Assembly: GCA_963751385.1 (NCBI GenBank)
Contig: CAVVUD010000010.1
Span: 54-64,053, forward strand
DNA from: an uncultured Actinomycetota bacterium
GTDB taxonomy: Bacteria > Actinomycetota > Actinomycetes > Actinomycetales > Dermatophilaceae
Direction of reading: 5' to 3'
Length of the DNA: 64,000 bases
Within the stretch, counting starts at the first letter, position 1. Each line of letters opens with the position of its first letter. The notes under the pieces were generated by a model. It was given only the letters and a program-made list of their open reading frames with translations, ran no database searches and was not told the DNA's origin. A program made the translations under genes and the position numbers. This document shows positions 1 through 10,082 of the stretch, one piece after another.

Positions 1-1
1 T

Positions 2-3000
2 ATGAGCCCCTCAGGCGGCCCGCCCTGGGTTCTCACGTCGACCGGTGGCCTGCGTGCTGTCATCGTGGACGGCGGTGCGCCGGCCTCCCTCTCCACGGAC
101 CGGATCGAGCTGGTCCAGCACGCGGCATCGGCCTTCGCCCCCGCACTGCTGCAGCTGTGGCTCCGAGACCGCGCGACCGGGCAGCCCTGGCCCATGCTCG
201 GCGCCGGGTCTGGTTCCTCCGCCCGGGTCGACGACGGTGACCTCGTCGTCACGGGTCAGGCCGACGCCGGCCTCGGGTGGCGCGTGACCCTGCGCCTCGA
301 CGCCGCCCGCACCGCCTGGTCCTGGCACGTGGAGGTGCACAACGACGGACCGGCGACGCGTGACGTGGACGTCGTGCACGCACACGACGTCGCGCTCGCG
401 GCGCCCGGGATGCTGCGCACCAACGAGCTGTACGTGAGCCAGTACCTCGACATCTCGCCTCTGCACGGCGACGGCTTCGGCACGGCTCTCGCGGTGCGGC
501 AGAACCTCGCCCAGGCAGGGTTGACGCCGTGGTGCGTGCTCGCCTGCACGACCCCCGTGGTCGCCTGGGCGACCGACGCACTCGACGTCCACGGCTGGGC
601 GGCGCGCGCCGGACTGCCTCCCGCGGGCCTCGGTGGTGACCTGCCGTCCCGACGACGGCAGCACGAGCACACCCTCGCCACCCTGCAGACGGCGCACTCG
701 CGGCTCGAGGCCGGTGCGCGCCTGGCGACGTCCTTCGCGGGCCTCCTCGTCGGCGACCACCCCGCCGCCACGTCGGACGGCGACGTGCGGCTCGTCCACG
801 AGGCACTGGACCTCGCCCGCGCCGCGGCGTCGACCCTCCCCGCGGCCTCCGCGGCAGCTGGACGCGACCCCGGAGTGGGTCCCCGCGCCGACCGGCGTGT
901 ACGACCCCGGCCGCACCTTGGCCGCCCGGCCGGCGACCGACGCCGAGCTCGAGCGGACCTGGCCCCCTCCGTGGCGCGCGGTGGAGCGCGGGGAGGGTGG
1001 CTCGCTGCTGTCGTTCTTCACCTCGGGCGACGAGCACGTGGTGACCCGGGCCAAGGAGGTCGGCACCCTGCGACCCCACGGCACGATCCTGCGAACAGGT
1101 GCGACGGCGCTTCCCGACCCCGGCTCGCTCACCGTGACGAGCTGGATGACGGGGTCGCCGCTGTCGTACCTGACCCGTGGCCACGCCTCGAACCGACGCC
1201 TGCTCACGACCGTGCGCGGCTACCTGGGTCTGCACCGCGAGTACGGAGTCCGCGTGCTCGTGGAGGTGGCGGACCGGTGGCGGCTGCTGGACCTGCCGTC
1301 CGCGTTCTCGAACACACCGGACGGCGCCCGCTGGATGTACTTCGTCGACCCTGATGGGCCGGATGCCGGTGGCGTCGTGGAGGTCCGGACGACCGCCCCG
1401 CCCACCGAACACGTCCTCCGCCTGTCGGTACAGGTCACGTCCGGTCGGGAACGGCGCGTGATGCTCGCCCTGCACTGCGCGACCGGCGAGGACCCGCTCC
1501 CGGCTCCTCCCGGGGCGGTCACGGTCCGCGAGCGGCCCGACGGCGTCGTCGTGGCCATGCCGGCCGCGACCCTGGCGCTTCGCAGCGCCACCGCCCTCAC
1601 CCTGGGAGACGACGGCCCCCTGTTCGACGACGGCCTCGGCCGCGGCACCTGCACGGTGACGCTGCGCACCGAGCCGCGGCCAGGGGCTCGACGTCGAGCT
1701 CACCGTCGACCCCGAGGTCGACCCAGACGAGGCGAGCTCACCGAGCGCTCGCCCCGAGGGAAGGACGCAGGCGGCAGCCGGACCTGGCCGGCGACTGGTG
1801 GTCGGAGGTCACCGCCCTGCGCGTGGGCTCCGTCCCGCAGGCCGAGCCGCTGGCGGTGAGCCTGCCCTGGCTGGTCCGGGACGCCCTCGTGCACTTCCTC
1901 TCACCGCGCGGCCTCGAGCAGTTCACGGGTGGAGCCTGGGGGACGCGCGACGTGACGCAGGGTCCGCTCGAGCTGTTGCTCGCGCTGGACCGGCAGTCCG
2001 ACGCGCGCGCCCTGCTCCTGCGCATCTTCGCGGCACAGAGTGCAGACGGGACCTGGCCCCAGGCCTTCGGCTTCCTCCCGGGGGACGAGCACTTCCGGAT
2101 GGAGCCGTCGCACGGCGACGTCGTGCACTGGCCCGTCCTCGCCGTCGGCCGGTACCTCCTGGCGTCCGGCGACGCCACCCTGCTCGACGAGAGCGTGCCC
2201 TGGTACACCCCGGCCGACGGGGCGCCGGTACCCGCCTCGACCATGCGCTCCCACGTCGAGCGCGCGCTCGGAGCCGCCAGGGCGCACTTCCTCCCGGGGA
2301 CGACCCTGGTCGCCTACGGCCATGGCGACTGGAACGACTCCCTCCAGCCCGCCGACCCGACCATGGCGGCGACGATGACGAGCGCGTGGACGGTGACGCT
2401 GCACCACCAGTCCCTGCGGACGCTCGCCGACGGGCTGGAGTCCGTGGGTGGCGAGGACGTGCTCGTCGATGCCCTGCGTACCGAGGCCTCGGCCACCGCC
2501 GACGACCTGCGGCGGTACCTGCTCGTGGACGGTGAGCTCGCGGGGTACGCACAGCTCGACCCCCCGGACCGGGACGGCGGGGTCGGGGTGCGCCGGCTGC
2601 TGGTCCACCCCAGGGACGAGGAGACCGGTCTGCGGCACGGCTCGCTGCAGATGATCCACGCCCTCGGCGACGACCTCTTCTCCCGCGACGAGGCCGCCCA
2701 CCACGTCGCGCTGGTCCGCGAGCACCTCATGGGTGTCGACGGCGTGCGGCTGTTCGACCGCCCCCCGCCCTACTCGGGTGGGCTCATGCACCACTTCCAG
2801 CGTGCGGAGACGGCGACGTTCGTCGGTCGGGAGATCGGGCTCATGTACGTCCACGCGCACCTGCGGTGGTGCGAGGCGATGGCGCGCTGGGGCGACGCCG
2901 ACGCCCTGTGGCTGGGGATCATGCAGTCGCTGCCGCCCGCGACGGTCGACGTCGTGCCCGGGGCCCGAGCGCGCCAGGCGAACACGTACCCGTCGAGCTC

Positions 3001-3427
3001 GGACGCGGCCTGCCTGGACCGGGAGGACTTCGCCGCACGGTACGCCGAGGTGCTCACCGGCGCGACGGGCCTCGAGGGCGGCTGGCGGATCTACTCCTCC
3101 GGCCCGGGCGTTCTGCTGCGGATCGTCGTGCACTCGGTGCTCGGGGTCCGCCGCCGCGCCGGGACCGTCGAGATCGACCCCGTCCTGCCGTCCCGGCTGG
3201 ACGGGCTCACGGCCACCGTGCCCCTCGCCGGGGGACTGTTGCGGGTGCGCTACCGCGTCGGCGACCGTGGCCACGGACCGTCCGTCGTCCGTCTCGGCGG
3301 ACGCGACCTGGCGGCGACCACGGGGCCCGCGAACCCCTACCGACCCGGAGGTCTCGTCCTCGACCTCGCCCACCTCGAGGCCGCCCTGCGACCTGACGGT
3401 GACGAGCTCGAGGTGCTCCTGCCGTAG
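2..3427 (+). CDS. GH94-type phosphorylase, probably 1,2-beta-oligoglucan phosphorylase (SOGP-like); split by frameshifts near ~850 and ~1680-1730
   Basis: Three consecutive ORF pieces (2.., 633.., 1823..3427) join into about 1100 aa. Motifs: NELYVSQYLD, HFLSPRGLEQFTGGAWGTRDVTQGPLE, YGHGDWNDSLQP, GREIGLMYVHAHLR, GGWRIYSSGPG. Confidence 0.75.
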
Positions 3428-3495
3428 ACGACCCGACGACCCAGCCCACGAGCACGAGACTCGCGACCGACGACGTCGCAAGGAAGGGACCTGCG

Positions 3496-5349
3496 ATGAC
3501 CGCGCGCACGCCGAACCGCTCACGGATGCTGGCCAGCCCCGATGGCGTGGAGTTCCGTGACCTCAACGGCAACGGCGTGATGGACCCCTACGAGGACCCG
3601 CGCCTCGACCCTCAGGTCCGGGCTGAGGACCTCCTCGGCCGGCTGTCCCTCGCCGAGAAGGTGGGCCTGATGTTCCAGACCGTCATCGAGGCGGGTGTCG
3701 ACGGCTCGCTCATCGAGGAGGCCGGAGAGATCAGCAAGTCGCCGACGAGCGTGGTCGTGCTGGCGAACCACCTGTCGCACTTCAACGTCCACGGCCTGGA
3801 GGACCCGCGGATGGCGGCCCGGTGGAGCAACGCGCTCCAGGCGCTCGCGGAGGGCACGCCGCACGGCATCCCGGTCACGATCTCGTCCGACCCGAGGCAC
3901 TCGTTCATGGAGAACGCCGGTGTCTCCTTCTCGGCCAAGGCGTTCTCGCAGTGGCCCGAACCGCTCGGCCTCGCCGCGCTGCGCGACACCGCTGCCGTGC
4001 GCGAGTTCGCCGACATCGCCCGGCAGGAGTACGTCGCCGTCGGCATCCGGGCCGCCCTGCACCCGACGCTGGACCTCGCGACCGAGCCGCGATGGGGACG
4101 GCAGGCCGGAACCTTCGGCCAGGACCCTGACCTCGTCACCGAGCTGGGGGTGGCCTACCTTCAGGGGTTCCAGGGCGAGTCCCTCGGCGCCGAGAGCGTC
4201 GCGTGCACCTCGAAGCACTTCCCCGGCGGAGGCCCGCAGAAGGACGGCGAGGACGCCCACTTCCCCTACGGGCGCGAACAGGTCTACCCCGGTGGCCGTT
4301 TCGCCGACCACCTCAAGCCGTTCCCCCCGGTCATCGAGGCCGGGACGGCCGCGATCATGCCCTACTACGGGATGCCGGTCGGACTCGAGGTCGACGGCGT
4401 GCCGATCGAGGAGGTCGGCTTCGGCTTCAACGCGCAGGTCGTGACCGGGCTGCTGCGCGAACAGCTCGGCTTCGACGGGGTCGTCGTCACCGACTGGGAG
4501 CTGGTCAACGACAACCACGTCGGCGACCAGGTGCTGCCTGCGCGCGCGTGGGGGGTCGAGCACCTCGACCCGCACGCCCGGATGGAGCGCATCCTCGCAG
4601 CCGGCGCCGACCAGTTCGGAGGTGAGGAGTGCGTCGACGTGCTGCTCGACCTCGTGGCCGAGGGCCGGGTCACCGAGTCACGCATCGACGCCTCGGCGCG
4701 GCGCCTGCTCGCGGTCAAGTTCCGGCTCGGGCTCTTCGACGACCCGTTCGTCGACGAGGACGCCGCCGCCAGCACCGTCGGGCGCGAGGACTTCCGCGCC
4801 GCCGGCTACGAGGCCCAGGCCCGCTCGGTCACCGTGCTCACCAACGGCTCGGATGCCGGCCGCGCCCTGCCGCTGTCCCCCGGCCTGCGGATCTACGCCG
4901 AGAACCTGACCCGCGAGGTGGTGGCGCGACACGGCATCCCGGTGGACCGGCCCGAGGACGCCGACCTGGCCATCGTGCGGTTGATGGCGCCCTACGAACC
5001 GCGCTCGGACCTGTTCCTCGAGTCGTGGTTCCACCAGGGCTCGCTGGACTTCCCCCCGGGCCTGGTGGTGCGGCTGCGACGGATCGCGGCGCAGTGCCGC
5101 CTGGTCGTCGACGTGGTGCTCGACCGGCCGGCGGTGCTGACCCCGATCGTCGGGGTGGCCGACGCCGTCGTCGCCAGCTACGGCACCAGCGACGACGCCC
5201 TGCTCGAGGCGCTCACCGGGCGGATCCCGCCGCGCGGGCGGCTGCCGTTCGACCTGCCCCGCTCGATGGACCAGGTGCGGGCGCACGGCGAGGACGTGCC
5301 GGGCTACGACGACCCGCTCTTCCGCTTCGGCGACGGACTGGTCCTGTGA
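3496..5349 (+). CDS. GH3 beta-glucosidase
   Basis: N-terminal FRDLNGNGVMDPYED, SKHFPGGG, IMPYY, VVTDW nucleophile motif, C-terminal PRGRLPFDLP; RBS GGAAGGGA upstream. Confidence 0.9.
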   Translation: MTARTPNRSRMLASPDGVEFRDLNGNGVMDPYEDPRLDPQVRAEDLLGRLSLAEKVGLMFQTVIEAGVDGSLIEEAGEISKSPTSVVVLANHLSHFNVHGLEDPRMAARWSNALQALAEGTPHGIPVTISSDPRHSFMENAGVSFSAKAFSQWPEPLGLAALRDTAAVREFADIARQEYVAVGIRAALHPTLDLATEPRWGRQAGTFGQDPDLVTELGVAYLQGFQGESLGAESVACTSKHFPGGGPQKDGEDAHFPYGREQVYPGGRFADHLKPFPPVIEAGTAAIMPYYGMPVGLEVDGVPIEEVGFGFNAQVVTGLLREQLGFDGVVVTDWELVNDNHVGDQVLPARAWGVEHLDPHARMERILAAGADQFGGEECVDVLLDLVAEGRVTESRIDASARRLLAVKFRLGLFDDPFVDEDAAASTVGREDFRAAGYEAQARSVTVLTNGSDAGRALPLSPGLRIYAENLTREVVARHGIPVDRPEDADLAIVRLMAPYEPRSDLFLESWFHQGSLDFPPGLVVRLRRIAAQCRLVVDVVLDRPAVLTPIVGVADAVVASYGTSDDALLEALTGRIPPRGRLPFDLPRSMDQVRAHGEDVPGYDDPLFRFGDGLVL

Positions 5350-5359
5350 CCGACCCTCT

Positions 5360-5433
5360 CGCGAAGTCAGGAGCACTTCGCGGGATCAGGGCCGGACCCG
5401 ATCCTGACTCGACGAGCTGCTCCTGACTTCGCG
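5360..5433. repeat. Intergenic palindromic repeat element (MITE/REP-like), copy 1
   Basis: Perfect 16-bp terminal inverted repeat CGCGAAGTCAGGAGCA...TGCTCCTGACTTCGCG; a related copy lies at 19830-19922. Confidence 0.75.
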
Positions 5434-5451
5434 GGGAGCCGCCACAGACGC

Positions 5452-5486
5452 CGACGCCGGCCGCCCCGTGGGGGCAGCCGGCGTCG
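5452..5486. terminator. GC-rich hairpin between convergent genes
   Basis: CGACGCCGGCCGCCCC-GTG-GGGGCAGCCGGCGTCG. Confidence 0.6.
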
Positions 5487-5508
5487 TGCTGGTGACGGGT
5501 CGGGCGCG

Positions 5509-6472
5509 TCAGGCCTTGCTGCTGCGCTGCTGCCGCCACTGCCGCTGCCGTCGGTCGAACCGCTGTCGAGGTTCGGGGTCGACAGGTCGGCGCCCTCTGA
5601 GGTCTGCGAGACCGCGGGGATCGCCGTGTCGTCGGCCTCGGCGGCCCCGTCGACGGCGTCGCTCACGGCGTCCTTGGCGTCAGTGGCTTTGTCAGCGGCC
5701 GTGTCCTTGGCCTCGGCGGCCGTGTCGGCCGCCTTGTCCTTGGCGTCGGCGGCCTTGGCAGCGGCCTTGTCCTTGGTGTCGGCGGCTTTGTCAGCGGCCT
5801 TGTCCTTGGCGTCGGTGGCCTTGTCCTTGAGCTCGCCGGCCTTCACGACGGCGGCGTCCTTGACCTCGACGGCCTTCTCCTTGGCCGCACCGGCGAGGTC
5901 GCTGACCTTCTCGGAGACCGGCTTCGGCGGGGTGTAGGAGCCCGCGGTCGCCCACGGGTCGGGGCGCTCGTTGCTCTTGCGCCAGGCCATGACGGCGGCA
6001 CCGGCCGCGAGCGCGCCGAGGAGCAGGATCCACTTGCCCTTGCCGCCCTTCTTCGCGACGGCGTCGCCCTTGAGCACGGCGTAGGCGTCGGGGGCGCGGT
6101 CGGCGGCCTCGGCGGCCGACTCCTTCGCGGCGGCGGCACCGGCGGCGATCGCCGCGATGGCGCTCGCGAGCTTGGGCAGGACGTCCTCGACGAAGGTCTC
6201 GCGGGCGTGCTCGACCTTGGGGGCGAGGGTCTCGGCCGCCTCGTGGGCCTTCTCCCGGACGGCCTCGGCCTTCTCGCGCGCGACGTCGGCGGCGTCGGCC
6301 GCCTTCTCCTTGGTGGCGGCGGCACCGGCGGCCGTGGCTGCCGCGGCCTCGCCGGCCTTCACCTTGAGCTCTGCGGCCTTGTCGGCAGCGACCTGGCGCC
6401 GTCGCTGACCTTCTCGGCGCCGGCCGCGGCGGCGTCCTTGGCCTGGTCGGTCTTGCTCGGTGTGCGGAACAC
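5509..6472 (-). CDS. Ala/Lys-rich membrane-anchored protein (CwsA/DUF5324-like by position); frameshifts near ~6395 and ~5525
   Basis: GTG start behind AGGAGG, AADKA/AKDKA repeats, one TM segment (KWILLLGALAAGAAVMAWRK) followed by DPW; divergent from ppiA, as cwsA is in mycobacteria. Confidence 0.6.
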
Positions 6473-6595
6473 GTGTCCTCCTCGTGTTGGACGTTGGTCT
6501 TGACCCCATCCTGCCCTGTTTGCAGGCTTCCACGCGCTCCGGCGTCTGCGGGATCACGAGTCGGTGCTCGCCGGCCACATGAGAGGATCGAGCAC

Positions 6596-7114
6596 ATGAA
6601 GGCAACTCTGCACACCAACCACGGGCCCATCGTCGTCGAGCTCTTCCCGAACGAGGCCCCCAAGACCGTCGCCAACTTCACCGGTCTCGCCACCGGCGAG
6701 AAGGAGTACAAGGACGACACGGGCCGTACCAACCCGACCAAGTTCTACGACGGGCTCGTCTTCCACCGGATCATCCCCGGCTTCATGATCCAGGGCGGCT
6801 GCCCGCGCGGTCAGGGCATCGGCGGACCGGGCTACGCCTTCGACGACGAGATCCACCCCGACAAGCAGTTCGACCGCCCCTACCTGCTCGCCATGGCCAA
6901 CGCCGGCAAGCGCATGGGCAAGGGCACCAACGGCTCGCAGTTCTTCATCACCGTCGGCGCCACCCCGTGGCTCAACGGGAAGCACACCATCTTCGGTGAG
7001 GTGGCCGACGGCCCCAGCCGCGAGGTCGTCGACAAGCTCGCCGCCGTGCCGACCGGCTCGATGGACAAGCCGATCGACGACGTCGTCATCGAGCGCGTCG
7101 AGATCGAGGGCTGA
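6596..7114 (+). CDS. ppiA: Cyclophilin-type peptidyl-prolyl isomerase
   Basis: FYDGLVFHRIIPGFMIQGG, LAMANAG, TNGSQFFIT, WLNGKHTIFG. Confidence 0.95.
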   Translation: MKATLHTNHGPIVVELFPNEAPKTVANFTGLATGEKEYKDDTGRTNPTKFYDGLVFHRIIPGFMIQGGCPRGQGIGGPGYAFDDEIHPDKQFDRPYLLAMANAGKRMGKGTNGSQFFITVGATPWLNGKHTIFGEVADGPSREVVDKLAAVPTGSMDKPIDDVVIERVEIEG

Positions 7115-7147
7115 CCCCGCTCGCGCGGGTCGCCGGTACCGGAACGG

Positions 7148-8056
7148 GTGGACGACGTGGGTGAGCAACCGGCCCTCCCGGATGCCGTGCAGCAGGTTCC
7201 GGTGTGCCCGCGGCACCCCGACCGCGAGTCGTACGTGCGCTGCCAGCGGTGCATGCGGCCGACGTGCCCGGAGTGCCAGCGGCCGGCGGCGGTCGGCATC
7301 CAGTGCGTCGACTGCGTGGCCGAGGGCCGCAGGACGGTGCGCCAGGGGCGCACCGTCTTCGGCGGTGCCGTCACCGACGGCCGTCCGGTCGCGACGATGA
7401 CGCTCATCGGGATCTGCCTCGTGGTCTTCGTCGCGCAGCTGACCGTGCCCGGGCTCGACAACCGGATCTCGTTCGTGCCGGCTCTGGCCCAGAGCGAGCC
7501 GTGGCGGTTCCTCACCTCGGCCTTCGCCCACGGCGGCATCACGCACATCGCCTTCAACATGTATGCGCTGTGGGTGATGGGCACCTACCTCGAGCCGATG
7601 CTCGGCCGGGCCCGGTTCGTCGCGATCTACCTGCTCAGCGCCCTCGGTGGCTCGGTCATGTACCTGCTGCTGTCCACGCCGCCGACCGCCGCGGAGACCG
7701 CGACGGGCGACTACGGGATGTGGTGGACCGGCGCGGTAGGTGCCTCGGGCGCGGTGTTCGGCCTGTTCGGGGCGTTCCTCGTGCTCCAGCGCCGGCTCGG
7801 CCGCTCGTCGGCCGGCATGTACGTGATCATCGGCATCAACGCCGTCATCGGGTTCGTGATCCCCGGGATCGCCTGGCAGGCCCACCTCGGCGGTCTGCTC
7901 ACCGGAGCGGCCGTGGCCGCGACCATCGCCTACTCCGGCCGCAACCGGGGGCCGTTCGACCCCCCACCCAGCGGGCGGGTGCACTGGTTCTCGATGGGCG
8001 GCATCCTGTTCGTGCTCGTGCTGCTCACGATCGGCAAGTACGCCCTGGTGGGCTGA
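7148..8056 (+). CDS. Rhomboid intramembrane serine protease with N-terminal zinc-finger (B-box-like) segment
   Basis: CPRHPDRE..C..C..C..C, WRFLTSAFAH, HIAFNM, GASGAVFG, AHLGG. Confidence 0.92.
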   Translation: MDDVGEQPALPDAVQQVPVCPRHPDRESYVRCQRCMRPTCPECQRPAAVGIQCVDCVAEGRRTVRQGRTVFGGAVTDGRPVATMTLIGICLVVFVAQLTVPGLDNRISFVPALAQSEPWRFLTSAFAHGGITHIAFNMYALWVMGTYLEPMLGRARFVAIYLLSALGGSVMYLLLSTPPTAAETATGDYGMWWTGAVGASGAVFGLFGAFLVLQRRLGRSSAGMYVIIGINAVIGFVIPGIAWQAHLGGLLTGAAVAATIAYSGRNRGPFDPPPSGRVHWFSMGGILFVLVLLTIGKYALVG

Positions 8057-8066
8057 CCCGGGGGCC

Positions 8067-8119
8067 TGTGGACTACACGGGTGTCATTCGTCCCCAGTGG
8101 GGACAACCCCTGTGGACAA
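8067..8119. promoter_or_regulatory. Cluster of DnaA boxes
   Basis: TGTGGACAA (8111-8119) is a perfect TTGTCCACA on the minus strand. TGTGGACTA (8067) and TGGGGACAA (8098) have 1 mismatch; TCGTCCCCA (8088) has 2. Confidence 0.7.
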
Positions 8120-8135
8120 CTCTGGTCTGTGCAGG

Positions 8136-8387
8136 TCAGCGCCAGCGGGTGGTCATCAGGAAGCCGGAGAGCATCAGGCCGAAGCCGACGCCGAGGTTCC
8201 AGCGGCCGAGCGCCGGGATCGGGTACTGGTGCACGCCGGAGATGTAGTAGGTGACGACCCAGAGCAGGCCGAGCACCATGAGACCGAGCATGACGGGCAC
8301 GAACCACCGCGGGTTGGGCGTCTGGTCCTTCTGCGCCGTGCGCGGCGGGATGTATGCGGGCTTGGAGCGACCCTTGGACTCGGGCAC
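8136..8387 (-). CDS. crgA: Cell division protein CrgA
   Basis: MPESKGR..NPRWFVPVMLGLMVLGLLWVVTYY..LGRWNLGVGFG..MTTRWR; conserved synteny. Confidence 0.93.
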   Translation of the reverse strand: MPESKGRSKPAYIPPRTAQKDQTPNPRWFVPVMLGLMVLGLLWVVTYYISGVHQYPIPALGRWNLGVGFGLMLSGFLMTTRWR

Positions 8388-8432
8388 GAACGGTCTCCTC
8401 GTGGCGTTGATGGTGTTGGCCTAGCGTAGAGG

Positions 8433-9212
8433 GTGTTCAGCGAAAAGGAGGTGGCCACGGTGGTCGGTACGCACGCGGGACAGGTGAACCGTCCCTCGCC
8501 GTGGCCCTGGCTGGTGCCCGTCGCGGCACTGGTCGCCGGCACCCTGTTCGCCTCCAGCGTGCGCGCCTCGCAGGGCCAGGACCTGCGCACCGACCAGGCC
8601 CAGCTGCCCGACCTGATCCGCGCCCAGAACCGCACGAACGGCGACCGCTCCGCCGAGCTCGACGAGCTGCAGGGCCGGATCGACGAGGCCACCGCGGCGC
8701 TCGCCCCCGGCGACCTGCAGACCCAGAAGCTCGAGCGCGCGGCCAACGAGATCGCCACCGCCGCCGGTCGCACCGACGTGCGGGGGCCGGCGCTGCGGGT
8801 CACCCTCGACGACGTGAAGCTGGCCGGCGGTGAGGTGCCGGCCGGTGCCGACCCCGACGACTACGTCATCCACCAGCAGGACGTGCAGTCCGTGGTCAAC
8901 GCGCTGTGGAGGGGCGGGGCCGAGGCGATGATGCTGCAGGACCAGCGGGTGATCTCGACCAGCGCCGTGCGCTGCGTCGGCAACACGCTCATCCTGCAGG
9001 GCCGGGTCTACTCGCCGCCCTACGTCATCACCGCCATCGGCGACCGCGGGGCGATGCGGGACGCCCTCGACAGCGACCCCGAGGTCGCCAACCTGCGCGA
9101 GTGGTCGATCGCCGTCGGACTCGGGTACGACGTGAAGAGCGTCGGGCAGCAGACCTTCCCCTCCTACAGCGGCTCGATCGCCCCGCAGCACGCCCAGGTC
9201 CCCGCCCCGTGA
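8433..9212 (+). CDS. DUF881 family protein (start may be 8460 or 8484)
   Basis: VIHQQDVQSVVNALWRGGAEAM, STSAVRCVGNTL, YSPPYVITAIG. Confidence 0.88.
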   Translation: MFSEKEVATVVGTHAGQVNRPSPWPWLVPVAALVAGTLFASSVRASQGQDLRTDQAQLPDLIRAQNRTNGDRSAELDELQGRIDEATAALAPGDLQTQKLERAANEIATAAGRTDVRGPALRVTLDDVKLAGGEVPAGADPDDYVIHQQDVQSVVNALWRGGAEAMMLQDQRVISTSAVRCVGNTLILQGRVYSPPYVITAIGDRGAMRDALDSDPEVANLREWSIAVGLGYDVKSVGQQTFPSYSGSIAPQHAQVPAP

Positions 9213-9895
9213 GAGCGCGCCGCCTCGTCGGCGGGGCCGGAGAGCTGCTCATCACGCTCGGGGTGCTGCTCCTGCTCTTCGCCGCCTGGCAGCTGTGGTG
9301 GACCGACGTGGTCGCCGACCGGGCGCAGGCCCGGATCGTGCAGACCCTCGAGGACGGCTTCGCCCACGGTGAGGCGGCGCCGGTGGGCGCGAACGGCATC
9401 CCGGCGGCGATCGGTACCGACGGTGCGTTCGCGGTGGTGCGGATCCCGCGCTTCGGGGACGACTACGCGCGACCGGTCATCGAGGGCACCGGCCGGCCGG
9501 TGCTGGCCCTGGGGGTGGGCCACTACGTCGGCACGGCGGGCCCTGGGCAGGTGGGCAACTTCGCGGTCGCCGGGCACCGCACGACCTACGGCCGCCCGTT
9601 CCACGACGTCGACCAGCTCGTCGACGGCGACCGGGTGGTCGTCGAGACCGCCGGTGACGTGTACGTCTACGAGGTGACCTCGCGCGAGGTCGTGCGACCG
9701 GGCGACGTCGGGGTCATCGGGCCGGTGCCCGGGGACCCGCAGGGCACGCCCACCGAGGCCCTCCTCACGATGACCTCGTGCCACCCGAAGTACAGCGCCA
9801 CCGAGCGCTTCGTCGTGCACGGCCGGCTCGTGGAGTCGATCCCGCGCGCGCAGTGGGTGCCGTCCGACTGGCTGACCACCGCGACGGAGGGCTGA
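9209..9895 (+). CDS. Class E sortase
   Basis: GELLITLG N-terminal anchor, GNFAVAGHRTTYG, LTMTSCHP, ERFVVH; GTGA overlap with the DUF881 gene. Confidence 0.9.
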   Translation: MRARRLVGGAGELLITLGVLLLLFAAWQLWWTDVVADRAQARIVQTLEDGFAHGEAAPVGANGIPAAIGTDGAFAVVRIPRFGDDYARPVIEGTGRPVLALGVGHYVGTAGPGQVGNFAVAGHRTTYGRPFHDVDQLVDGDRVVVETAGDVYVYEVTSREVVRPGDVGVIGPVPGDPQGTPTEALLTMTSCHPKYSATERFVVHGRLVESIPRAQWVPSDWLTTATEG

Positions 9896-9899
9896 TCCC

Positions 9900-10058
9900 G
9901 TGTATGCCGCCCTGTGGCGCTCCCTGCCCGGCCCCCGGTGGGCCAAGGCCGTGCAGTGCCTCGTGCTGGGGGTGCTCGTCGTCGGCGTCTGCTTCACCTG
10001 GGTGTTCCCGGCGGTCAGCCCGCTGCTGCCGTTCACGGACTCGACCGTCGGTCCCTGA
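9900..10058 (+). CDS. Small conserved membrane protein (52 aa, absent from the ORF track)
   Basis: MYAALWRSLPGPRWAKAVQCLVLGVLVVGVCFTWVFPAVSPLLPFTDSTVGP; fills the sortase-trpG gap as in other actinobacteria. Confidence 0.75.
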   Translation: MYAALWRSLPGPRWAKAVQCLVLGVLVVGVCFTWVFPAVSPLLPFTDSTVGP

Positions 10059-10082
10059 GCGCGACGGTGCACCATTGACGCC

